This document shows, one piece after another, positions 55,046 to 62,699 of a stretch of DNA of 64,000 nt. The stretch's first letter is position 1, and every line of letters begins with the position of its first letter. The stretch spans positions 4,440 through 68,439 of the IMG/VR virus record IMGVR_UViG_3300033066_002238; one strand, written 5' to 3'. This DNA is from a virus. Taxonomy: Duplodnaviria > Caudoviricetes. The notes under the pieces are model-generated. The model saw only the letters and a list, made by a program, of their open reading frames with translations, searched no databases and was not told the DNA's origin. The translations under genes were made by a program, and so were the position numbers.

Positions 55046-56005
55046 ATGATCAAGCCCCACATCCTTGTTAGCGTACTCATCCTTATTCTGTTTGCCTGCG
55101 GCCAAGCTCCCGACGGTGGACCGCCGATTGATGGTGTAATCTGGAATGTGCGTAACTTCACACTATCCCCGCTTGGGACACCGGTCACAATGAGCGCTGC
55201 GCAGTGTGGGCGCCCGAGCGCCAGCACCCTGATCGTTGCGCTGCACGATCTGGGGTACGACCGTCGCCAGTTCACAGAGACCGCGCAAGGTCTCGGCGCC
55301 TCCATGGCGCAGGCGCTGTGTAGCAGCGGGGTCGCGGTGCTCGCACCCGACCTCCTCGGCGCCGGCTCCTCCGCCCGCGTGGATGGTGATCAGCTCACCC
55401 TGGATGTGCAGGCCCTGGCGATGCAGCAGATGCTCGGCCAGCTGCCGCGCTGGGAGCGCATCGTGCTGCTCGGCCAGGGCGGCGGCGGCGCGGTGGCGGT
55501 GCGCGCCTCGACGGGCATCGCACGCACGGCGCTCGCGCTCCTCGGCTTCTCGATTCACAGCTACGTCTTCCCGGTGCTGCCCGTCTCCTTTCAGCCGATC
55601 CTGCAGCAGGGGCCTTACGTCGACTGGCGCCAGCCCGCCCCCGGCCCCGACTCGATCCGCAGCTTTTTGGGCTACTACCAGCCTGGCGCAGCCCCCGGCG
55701 CCGCGGCCTGGGATGACAAGGTGCTCGGCCAGGCGGCGCCGCGCGGCTCCTGGTGGCAGATGCTGCAGCTCCAGGGGCAGCCGACCGTGCTGCGCCCTGG
55801 CCTAGTCACCCACCCCGTGCTGGAGGTGCTGGGCGACCGCGATCCCTGGTTCCCGGCCTCGCAGGGGCAGCAGGACCAGGCGCTCTTCCCGCTGGCGCCC
55901 CGCTTCGAGGTGGCGACCGCAGCGCAGACGGGGCACGCGCTGCCGCAGCACCTGAGCGCCCCGCAGACCACGCAGCTCCTGCTTGCCTGGGTGCAGAGTC
56001 TATAG
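55046..56005 (+). CDS. Lipoprotein with alpha/beta-hydrolase fold lacking the nucleophile Ser
   Basis: Lipobox LFAC; ALHD, PDLLGAGSS, LLGQGGGG (G-x-S-x-G site has Gly), GDRD, TGH. Confidence 0.75.
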   Translation: MIKPHILVSVLILILFACGQAPDGGPPIDGVIWNVRNFTLSPLGTPVTMSAAQCGRPSASTLIVALHDLGYDRRQFTETAQGLGASMAQALCSSGVAVLAPDLLGAGSSARVDGDQLTLDVQALAMQQMLGQLPRWERIVLLGQGGGGAVAVRASTGIARTALALLGFSIHSYVFPVLPVSFQPILQQGPYVDWRQPAPGPDSIRSFLGYYQPGAAPGAAAWDDKVLGQAAPRGSWWQMLQLQGQPTVLRPGLVTHPVLEVLGDRDPWFPASQGQQDQALFPLAPRFEVATAAQTGHALPQHLSAPQTTQLLLAWVQSL

Positions 56006-56034
56006 CAAGCTAGCCAGCATCCAAGGAGCACCCC

Positions 56035-56202
56035 ATGCCCACCAGCAAGCACCTCAAGCGCCTAGTCCGCGCCCGGATGGCCGAGACGGGCGAGAAGTAC
56101 ACCACCGCCCTCGCGGCCCTGCAGGCGCTGCGCCCCGCCGCCGAGACCACCGAGGAGAGAGCCACCCCGCAGAAGGAGCCCGCCGATGCCCAAGCTGAAT
56201 GA
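56035..56202 (+). CDS. Small helical protein (KHLKRLVRARMAETGEKYTTA motif)
   Basis: AAGGAG RBS; not in supplied ORF track; translated by hand. Confidence 0.65.
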   Translation: MPTSKHLKRLVRARMAETGEKYTTALAALQALRPAAETTEERATPQKEPADAQAE

Positions 56203-56464
56203 TCACGATCCCGTCCCCGCGTTCCTGCAGCACTTCGTCGGCAAGACGATCGGCGTCCTCGACAAGAACAAGATGGGCATGGGCGGGGGCGTCTTCCGTG
56301 GCTGCGAGGGCAGCTTCCTGCTCTTCTCCGAGAAGGAGAACGACGAGACGATCGCGGTGGCCGTCTCGATCGATGTGGTGGCGATCGTGTTCACTGTCGA
56401 GAGCGGGGGCGGCAAGATCCTGAGCATGGTGCCCGGCGACATGCCGCCGCCCCGCGATACGTAG
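56186..56464 (+). CDS. Small beta-rich protein, possible Sm/Hfq-like fold
   Basis: AAGGAG RBS; short helix FLQHFVGK then five strands. Confidence 0.6.
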   Translation: MPKLNDHDPVPAFLQHFVGKTIGVLDKNKMGMGGGVFRGCEGSFLLFSEKENDETIAVAVSIDVVAIVFTVESGGGKILSMVPGDMPPPRDT

Positions 56465-56518
56465 TTCAGAAATAAATTCTTGCCGTCGCGCGCCCCTTGC
56501 GCTATCTATACATAGCAA
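56464..56518 (+). promoter_or_regulatory. Repeated promoter cassette copy 1
   Basis: GTTCAGAAATAAATTCTTGCCG-N17-TATCTA; CTATACATAGCAA. Confidence 0.7.
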
Positions 56519-56534
56519 CCAAGGAGCACCCCGA

Positions 56535-56783
56535 ATGACCCACCGCACCGCCAAGAAGATCCTCGCCCAGCACCACGGCAACCTGCGCACCGCCAAGCGC
56601 GATCGCCTCGCCCGTGCGAGCGCGATCGCCCTGCGCAAGAGCGCCTGCAGCCAGGGCGCCTGTCGGCCTGCGGTGACAAGCTGCCCTAGCGGCCCGACCT
56701 CCCCTCTCGCTGCGGCCCCCTGGCGGGGCCTTTTTTATTGCTATACTTGTAGGCATGCCCAAGCGCCGCTCTCCTCGCCCTGA
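56535..56783 (+). CDS. Small basic protein, possibly frameshifted (alternative stop at 56689)
   Basis: AAGGAG RBS; ORF runs through terminator, while another frame ends ERLQPGRLSACGDKLP* just before it. Confidence 0.4.
   Translation: MTHRTAKKILAQHHGNLRTAKRDRLARASAIALRKSACSQGACRPAVTSCPSGPTSPLAAAPWRGLFYCYTCRHAQAPLSSP
56714..56736 (+). terminator. Rho-independent terminator
   Basis: GGCCCC-CTGGC-GGGGCC followed by TTTTTT. Confidence 0.8.
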
Positions 56784-57405
56784 TGAAGCCCCCTTCGTGC
56801 CCGAAGGCCTGCCGCGCGTCGCGTTCCCCGACCCCCTGAAGCGCCGCAGCAAGCACACCCCGAGCGGCCCAGAGCAGATGGAGCTGCGCTACCGGGAGAT
56901 CCAGGAGCGCCTGCTCGTGCGGGGCCAGCATCCCACCAAGGTCTGCGAGGAGATGTCGAAGCTCTACGACTGCACCCCGGGGTGCGTCGTGCAGTGGATC
57001 AAGGCCGCCCGCGAGCGCTGGCGCGCGCTCACCAGCAAGGACGAGCTGGTGGACCGCCAGGAGCAGCTGGAGGCCATGGCCCACAACCTCTACGAGATGG
57101 CGCTCGGCGACCGCGCCTGGCAGGGCATGGACGAGCTGCTTGACGAGCTGCAGGCCGCCGCCGCGGGGCGCGACAAGGCGCGCCTGGCCGCGGTGGTCGA
57201 GCAGCTCCTGGCGCTGCGCAACGCCCGGCGCCCAAACCTCAAAGTGGCGGCGACCCTCATCGCGAACCTCGGCAAGTTCTACGGGCTCGGGCAGACGCTC
57301 AAGCTGGACATCCCCGGCCTCACCCTGGCCGTGGCGCAGGCGATCCCGGCGCCTGCGGAGACCACCCCGGCCGCACCGCCCAAGGCCGATGGCGAAGGCC
57401 AGTAA
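56755..57405 (+). CDS. Terminase small subunit (putative)
   Basis: Helical HTH-like protein overlapping TerL start; TGC-TATACT-N7-ATG. Confidence 0.65.
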   Translation: MPKRRSPRPDEAPFVPEGLPRVAFPDPLKRRSKHTPSGPEQMELRYREIQERLLVRGQHPTKVCEEMSKLYDCTPGCVVQWIKAARERWRALTSKDELVDRQEQLEAMAHNLYEMALGDRAWQGMDELLDELQAAAAGRDKARLAAVVEQLLALRNARRPNLKVAATLIANLGKFYGLGQTLKLDIPGLTLAVAQAIPAPAETTPAAPPKADGEGQ

Positions 57406-59134
57406 CGATACCGTCGCGCTCGTCCGCGCCCTGTGGAAGCTGCACCAGCAGGGCAGGACCGATGTCGAGATCGTGAACCTGCTCGGGCGTCAGGGCGTCC
57501 ACATGAGCCGCTACGACGTGCAGCGCGTCATCGCTGCCGCCCGGGAGCAGGCGGAGCGCAGCGTCGCAGGCGCCCCGGCCGCGCCGCAAGACCTGCTCAG
57601 CTTCATCCCCGCCGTCTCGCCCAAGTATGGGAGGCCCCTGCACCTCCTGCCGCTCACCCAGGCGCTGGAGGCCTCGCTGCACCGGCCCATGCGGTGCGTC
57701 ATCCACGCGCCGCCCCGGCACGCGAAGTCAGAGACGATCCTTCACGCGATCGTCTACTGGATGCTCCAGAAGCCCGCGGAGGTGACGGGCTACGCGGCCT
57801 ACGGCGCGAGCCTCGCGCTCACGCAGAGCCGCAAGGCGCGCGCGATCGCGGGCCGCATGAACATCCCCCTCGCTGTCGACGCGAATCGCCTTTCGGAGTG
57901 GCGCACCGAGGAGGATGGCGGCATGCTCGCGACCTCGGTGGGTGGGCCGCTCACGGGCAAGGGCGTGATGCGCATGGTCGTCGACGACCCGATCAAGGGC
58001 CGTGCGGAGGCGGAGAGCCGCCTCATCCGCGATCGCATCTGGGACTGGTTCTCCTCCGACGTGATGACGCGAATCGAGCCCGGCGGCAGCGTGTTCGTGT
58101 GCATGACCAGGTGGCATGAGCAGGACCTGTCGGGGCGCCTGCTCAAGGAGCAGGGCAAGCACCGGCCCGAGTGCGAGGATCCCACATGCCAGGGCTGCGG
58201 GCCCGATCCGGAGAACGGCTACGAGGAGATCCGCCTCCCCGCGATCAATGACGCGGGGGAGTCGCTGTGGCCCGAGCGCTGGCCCATCGAGGCGATGCTG
58301 CGCCGCAAGAAGGAGGTGGGCGAGTACACCTGGAGCGGCCTGTACCAGGGGCGCCCGCGGCGGCGCGGCGGCAAGGTGTTCGAGGGGACCTTCTTCTACG
58401 ACCGCGCCGCGCTGCCCACCCAGGGCTACAGCATCATCATCGGCCTCGATCTGAACTACACCGAGAGCACCCAGGCAGACTGGAGCGTCGCGGTGGCGAT
58501 GATGAAGCACGGCTCGGGCGACAAGGCGAAGTTCTACATCCTGGAGGTGCTGCGGGTGCAGACGACAGCGCCGAAGCTCGCCGACGAGCTGCGCAAGATG
58601 CGGCGGCGCCACCACGGCGCGCGGATCGTCAGCATCTACTACGGCACCGAGACCGGCACGATCGATCTGTTCCGCACAGACCGTAAGCTACCCATCACCG
58701 GCATCAAGCGATCGGGCGACAAGTTCGTCCGCGCGCAGCCCTGCGCGGCGGCATGGAACGCAGGGCGCATCATGCTGCCGCAGCGCGCCCGCCCGAGCGA
58801 GGGCGGCGACATCGAGGAGGAGGACGCGGAGTTCCCGTGGATGGATCCCTTCGTCGATGTCGTCACCGAGTTCACCGGCGTGAAGGATCTGGTGGACGAC
58901 GACGTAGACGCGCTCACCGCGGCCTACGAGGGCCTCGCTGGCGTCGGCGCTGCGATGGATGAGGAGCAGGCGGAGGCGCTCGGCGCGGCCCTCGCGGAGG
59001 GCAACAGCCCGCTCGCGCCGGGGGCAACGCCGGTGGTGTCGGTTCTGAGGCGCAAGGAGGCGGAGGAGGGGCCGCTGGCGCTCGGGCCAGCGATCGGGGC
59101 GGATCACGACGTGGGCTGGTGCTCGATCGAGTGA
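57389..59134 (+). CDS. terL: Terminase large subunit
   Basis: IHAPPRHAKS (Walker A), GGPLTGKG, VVDDP (Walker B), MTRWHEQD, YQGRP, GLD and DDDVDA nuclease acids. Confidence 0.93.
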   Translation: MAKASNDTVALVRALWKLHQQGRTDVEIVNLLGRQGVHMSRYDVQRVIAAAREQAERSVAGAPAAPQDLLSFIPAVSPKYGRPLHLLPLTQALEASLHRPMRCVIHAPPRHAKSETILHAIVYWMLQKPAEVTGYAAYGASLALTQSRKARAIAGRMNIPLAVDANRLSEWRTEEDGGMLATSVGGPLTGKGVMRMVVDDPIKGRAEAESRLIRDRIWDWFSSDVMTRIEPGGSVFVCMTRWHEQDLSGRLLKEQGKHRPECEDPTCQGCGPDPENGYEEIRLPAINDAGESLWPERWPIEAMLRRKKEVGEYTWSGLYQGRPRRRGGKVFEGTFFYDRAALPTQGYSIIIGLDLNYTESTQADWSVAVAMMKHGSGDKAKFYILEVLRVQTTAPKLADELRKMRRRHHGARIVSIYYGTETGTIDLFRTDRKLPITGIKRSGDKFVRAQPCAAAWNAGRIMLPQRARPSEGGDIEEEDAEFPWMDPFVDVVTEFTGVKDLVDDDVDALTAAYEGLAGVGAAMDEEQAEALGAALAEGNSPLAPGATPVVSVLRRKEAEEGPLALGPAIGADHDVGWCSIE

Positions 59135-59135
59135 G

Positions 59136-59528
59136 CTAGGCGCCGGGGGCGGCGGGCAGCTCCTGATCGGCGACCGCGGCCTCGGCCTCCGCGAGCAGCG
59201 ACTCCCCGAAGGTGGTCAGGCTCGCGGCCTGCGCCTCGGCCTCGGCGCTGCCGATCTGGCCGATGGTCTGGACGGCGCCAAAGACCATCAGGGCCTGCCC
59301 GGCCTTCTGGCGCGCGATCGAGGCGCTCTCGCTGCGCCCCTTGGCCTCGGTGAGCTCGCGCTGCGCCTCCTCGTTGTCGGCCTTGGCCTGGGCCAGCTCC
59401 TCGGCGGCCTTCTGGGCCAGCGCGGAGCCCTTGGCCTCCTCCTGGCTAGCGGAGTCGGCCTTCTGCTGGGCCTTCAGGTTGGCGGTGTTGGCGCGATCGA
59501 TCTGGGCGGACACGTTCGGCATGGGCAT
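59136..59528 (-). CDS. Ala/Glu-rich coiled-coil protein
   Basis: GAGG RBS, heptad repeats. Confidence 0.7.
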   Translation of the reverse strand: MPMPNVSAQIDRANTANLKAQQKADSASQEEAKGSALAQKAAEELAQAKADNEEAQRELTEAKGRSESASIARQKAGQALMVFGAVQTIGQIGSAEAEAQAASLTTFGESLLAEAEAAVADQELPAAPGA

Positions 59529-59584
59529 CCTCTGTCGGGGGGTTGTGTGCACGGGACAGACCAGATCTAGCCCGGCTCAGGCAC

Positions 59585-59619
59585 AAAAAGGAAGGGCCAC
59601 GGTTCGCGCCGTGGCCCTT
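59585..59619 (-). terminator. Rho-independent terminator (leftward)
   Basis: AAGGGCCACGG-TTCGCG-CCGTGGCCCTT stem with U-tract on minus strand. Confidence 0.75.
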
Positions 59620-59633
59620 TGGTGGCTTGGCGG

Positions 59634-59951
59634 TTAGCGCCGAGCCTGCAGACACCTGACGCCCGGCGGGATGCCGCGCCCGCTGCCGCAGCGCCACGAG
59701 ATGAGGTCTACTTCGTCGCCCGCGAGGAAGATCGGCGGCGGGGCGGGCATGTGCATGCGCTCGCGCCGCGCGGCCTCCGCGGCGTGCCAGGCAGGATCGC
59801 ACCCACCGAGGCACCGGGGGCCGCAGAAGCGCGCCTGCTTCACCTCGCGCAGGAGCGCCTTTTGATGCTGCTGCGCCGGGCCCCTGGGGGCGATCTGACG
59901 CAGGAGCAGGAGCCGCACCTGCAGCCGGGCCACGATCTCGTCATAGGTCAT
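59634..59951 (-). CDS. Hypothetical protein
   Basis: GGAG RBS, ends before terminator. Confidence 0.55.
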   Translation of the reverse strand: MTYDEIVARLQVRLLLLRQIAPRGPAQQHQKALLREVKQARFCGPRCLGGCDPAWHAAEAARRERMHMPAPPPIFLAGDEVDLISWRCGSGRGIPPGVRCLQARR

Positions 59952-59974
59952 GCGATCTCCGTCGGCGAACGAAA

Positions 59975-60026
59975 GTTCAGAAATAATTTCTTGCCATCCG
60001 ATCCAAGCATAGCTATAAATATATCC
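59975..60026 (+). promoter_or_regulatory. Repeated promoter cassette copy 2; leaderless start
   Basis: GTTCAGAAATAATTTCTTGCCA-N17-TATAAA-N7-ATG. Confidence 0.8.
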
Positions 60027-60266
60027 ATGACGAAGACGAACCCGAAGATCGAAGTGACCACCCCGGCGCTGGAGCGCGAGAAGGTGGCTTACCAGTTCGC
60101 GCAGGCCCTGGAGCAGGGCGACTTCGACACCATGGCCCGCATCCACGCGATGGCGGAGACCGACCCGGCCCTTGAGGCGGCCATCACCGCGCTGCAGGAG
60201 GACGCGGCGGCGGCAGAGCCTGAGGTGGTCGCGGCCACCGCCCCCCGGGCGAAGTACCCGGCCTAG
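60027..60266 (+). CDS. Small helical hypothetical protein
   Basis: Monocistronic between promoter and terminator. Confidence 0.75.
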   Translation: MTKTNPKIEVTTPALEREKVAYQFAQALEQGDFDTMARIHAMAETDPALEAAITALQEDAAAAEPEVVAATAPRAKYPA

Positions 60267-60274
60267 CCGGGGCC

Positions 60275-60299
60275 GGGGGGCCGATCGGCCCCCCTTGTT
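60275..60299 (+). terminator. Terminator hairpin
   Basis: GGGGGGCCGATCGGCCCCCC followed by TTGTT. Confidence 0.65.
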
Positions 60300-60353
60300 A
60301 AGAAATAATTCCTTGCCATTGTCAGGGCACAGAAGTATATATAGCTAGCAAGC
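60297..60353 (+). promoter_or_regulatory. Repeated promoter cassette copy 3
   Basis: GTTAAGAAATAATTCCTTGCCA-N17-TATATA then TAGCTAGCAAGC. Confidence 0.8.
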
Positions 60354-60377
60354 AACGAGACGAGCAGGAGCCAGCCG

Positions 60378-60677
60378 ATGATGACCGCCGCCGCACAGAG
60401 CCAGCCGACCCCCGCCACCCCGGCCCCGCGCGCCTTCAACGTGCGCACCGAGAGCGCCAGCGAGATCGCCCGCGCCGCCAAGGACGGTGACTACCTGACG
60501 TGGCCGACGGGCCAGCAGCCGGGGCGCAGCGCCACCGAGGCCGAGCGCCACCAGAGCAACCTGGAGCGCCTGCTCAAGCGCCGCGGGCTGCGCCTCGTGG
60601 GCCTCACCGTGCGCCCCTACGCCTGGTGCTTCGGCTGCGAGAAGCCCAAGGCGAAGTGCCCCTGCAACACCCCGTAA
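60378..60677 (+). CDS. Small protein with C-terminal Cys cluster
   Basis: AGGAG RBS; CFGC..CPC. Confidence 0.7.
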   Translation: MMTAAAQSQPTPATPAPRAFNVRTESASEIARAAKDGDYLTWPTGQQPGRSATEAERHQSNLERLLKRRGLRLVGLTVRPYAWCFGCEKPKAKCPCNTP

Positions 60678-60714
60678 CCAGCGACACCACCACTGCGAGA
60701 GGAGGCACCCGATC

Positions 60715-62022
60715 ATGCGCCGCACCAACGTCACCAAGCTTCCCTGCCCGCTCATGGACATCACCGTCTACAAGGCGGTGGGCGAGACCGCCGCCGACGC
60801 CTGCCGCCGGGCCGATGAGGAGGGGCTCATCCTCGGCAAGTACCAGGACTCAGGGAACGATGCCACCAGCGCGCCCGCGATCGGCCTGAGCGTCGAGGAG
60901 GCGACCGATCTGGTGCAGGTGGACCCCGGGCTGGTGTTCATCATCCTCAACCACCAGCTCAACGTGGACGCCGACGGCAAGACGAGCGACGGCTGCACCT
61001 TCCTGCCGGTCGGGCACACCCAGGGCGCGGGGCGAGAGGAGTGCTGGGTGGCCAGCTACCGCTGGGTGCGCAGCTACGCCTTCGACCGCGATCCCGCCCT
61101 GGAGTACACCTTCCTGCGCGCCGAGGCGGTGGCGGAGTTCAAGGCGGACGTGCTCAAGGTCGAGGCGCTGCTGGCCGAGCGCGGCCTGCGCCCGCCGCGC
61201 TGGCACGTCTGCCAGCAGGTGGACGCCCACGGGCGCGAGTGGACCGCCGAGGACGTGGCGGGGTCGTGGGGCTGCGATCTGGCGCTGCGCCAGGTGGCGG
61301 CGCGCCAGGAGGCGCTGCAGCCGCTGTCGTCCGCGCAGCTGGGCCAGCGCATGGGGTTCCCGGAGCTGCGGGGCCTCGATCCCGCCACCCTGGCTCACCT
61401 GCGGCGCTTCCCGGGCTTCCAGCGCTGGGAGGAGCAGCAGGGGCGCGGTTTCCAGGCGGATCCGCCCTACACCGCGGTGCCGCTGCCGATCGATCTCTCC
61501 ATCCCCCCGCTGCCCACCCCGGCGCCGGCCCAGCGCATGGCCTACGTGGTGTATGAGAGCGAGGAGCTGCGCGGCGTGAACCGCCTGCTCCTGGAGTTCT
61601 GCAGCCACTTCCCCGACCTCGCCTTCGTGAGCCTGCGCAGCGTGCTGGCGCTCCTGGACCTGATCAGCCCGTGGGGCGCGATGCAGGAGGGCATCGGGCA
61701 GATCGGCCTGGAGCAGGAGCTGCAGATGGGTGGCGAGGGCGAGCACGTGGCCAGCTTCACGCTCACCAGCGATGAGCTGCGGCTCATCCCGCGCGGCGGC
61801 GATCGCACCCTCGCGATCAGCCGCTGCCCCACCGGCAAGGGCACCCTGCGCTACAAGGTGATCCTCGACTACCGCGCGCGGCCCTCGCTGCGCCAGGCGG
61901 CGCTCGGGCAGGTGCAGGCGCCCGGGCTGCAGCGGCTCCTCATCGAGGAGGTGGGGCAGGGCCAGTACGCCCACCGCCCCGATCCGGCGCTGTACGACGC
62001 GATCGCCCCTGTTCAGAAATAA
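60715..62022 (+). CDS. Hypothetical protein
   Basis: GAGGAGG RBS, GC3-biased 435 aa ORF. Confidence 0.8.
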   Translation: MRRTNVTKLPCPLMDITVYKAVGETAADACRRADEEGLILGKYQDSGNDATSAPAIGLSVEEATDLVQVDPGLVFIILNHQLNVDADGKTSDGCTFLPVGHTQGAGREECWVASYRWVRSYAFDRDPALEYTFLRAEAVAEFKADVLKVEALLAERGLRPPRWHVCQQVDAHGREWTAEDVAGSWGCDLALRQVAARQEALQPLSSAQLGQRMGFPELRGLDPATLAHLRRFPGFQRWEEQQGRGFQADPPYTAVPLPIDLSIPPLPTPAPAQRMAYVVYESEELRGVNRLLLEFCSHFPDLAFVSLRSVLALLDLISPWGAMQEGIGQIGLEQELQMGGEGEHVASFTLTSDELRLIPRGGDRTLAISRCPTGKGTLRYKVILDYRARPSLRQAALGQVQAPGLQRLLIEEVGQGQYAHRPDPALYDAIAPVQK

Positions 62023-62066
62023 TTGCTTGCCATCCATCCCGCGCCGGTCTATACATAGCTAGCAAG
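62011..62066 (+). promoter_or_regulatory. Repeated promoter cassette copy 4
   Basis: GTTCAGAAATAATTGCTTGCCA-N17-TATACA then TAGCTAGCAAG. Confidence 0.8.
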
Positions 62067-62082
62067 TGACGCGGGAGCATAG

Positions 62083-62313
62083 ATGACCAACCCACACCCC
62101 AAGATCCTGATCGTCGCCTCGGTGCAGGCGTGCCAGGGCGGCGGCTTCGCGCCGCAGATCTCCGTCAACGCCTATCAGGTGCGCTGCAGCTACCCGGTGA
62201 ACGGCTACAGCCGCGCCGTCGCAGAGGATCTGGCGCGCATCGCGGCCCGGGAGGAGGGCGCGCGATACATCGGCGACTGGGATGTCAGGATCGAGGAGAA
62301 CTTCAAGTCATGA
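62083..62313 (+). CDS. Small hypothetical protein
   Basis: GGAG RBS after promoter. Confidence 0.7.
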   Translation: MTNPHPKILIVASVQACQGGGFAPQISVNAYQVRCSYPVNGYSRAVAEDLARIAAREEGARYIGDWDVRIEENFKS

Positions 62314-62699
62314 CCACGACGACCAAGGGGCCATCCGAGATGGCCAGGCGCCCTGTGACCGATCACGACATCGCCCAGCGCCTGGCGGCCTGGCAGCGCC
62401 AGTTCTGCGCCCACGGCTACGCCAAGACCCCCGTGCTCAGCACCACGTGCCTGAGCTGCGCGGTGGCCTGGCACCTGGAGGAGACCCGGGTGCAGCGCGG
62501 CACCTCGGCCCAGCTGCGCGCGGAGCTGCAGTGGAAGGATGAGGCCCTGCAGGGCGCCACGGTGCTCTTCACGCGGGCGCGGGTGCGCGGGGCGATGTGG
62601 AAGCGCCTCGCCAGCACGCTCTACCAGGGCCTGGGGGCCACCCCGTTCATCCGCGGCGCTGTGATGAAGCGCTGGCGCACCAAGGAAGGTGCGCGGTGA
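62310..62699 (+). CDS. Hypothetical protein
   Basis: ATGA-coupled. Confidence 0.65.
   Translation: MTTTTKGPSEMARRPVTDHDIAQRLAAWQRQFCAHGYAKTPVLSTTCLSCAVAWHLEETRVQRGTSAQLRAELQWKDEALQGATVLFTRARVRGAMWKRLASTLYQGLGATPFIRGAVMKRWRTKEGAR

Noticed and set aside
57140-57388. TerL N-terminal extension from the ORF track
   Set aside because: Out-of-frame overlap with TerS; the coupled ATG at 57389 is more plausible
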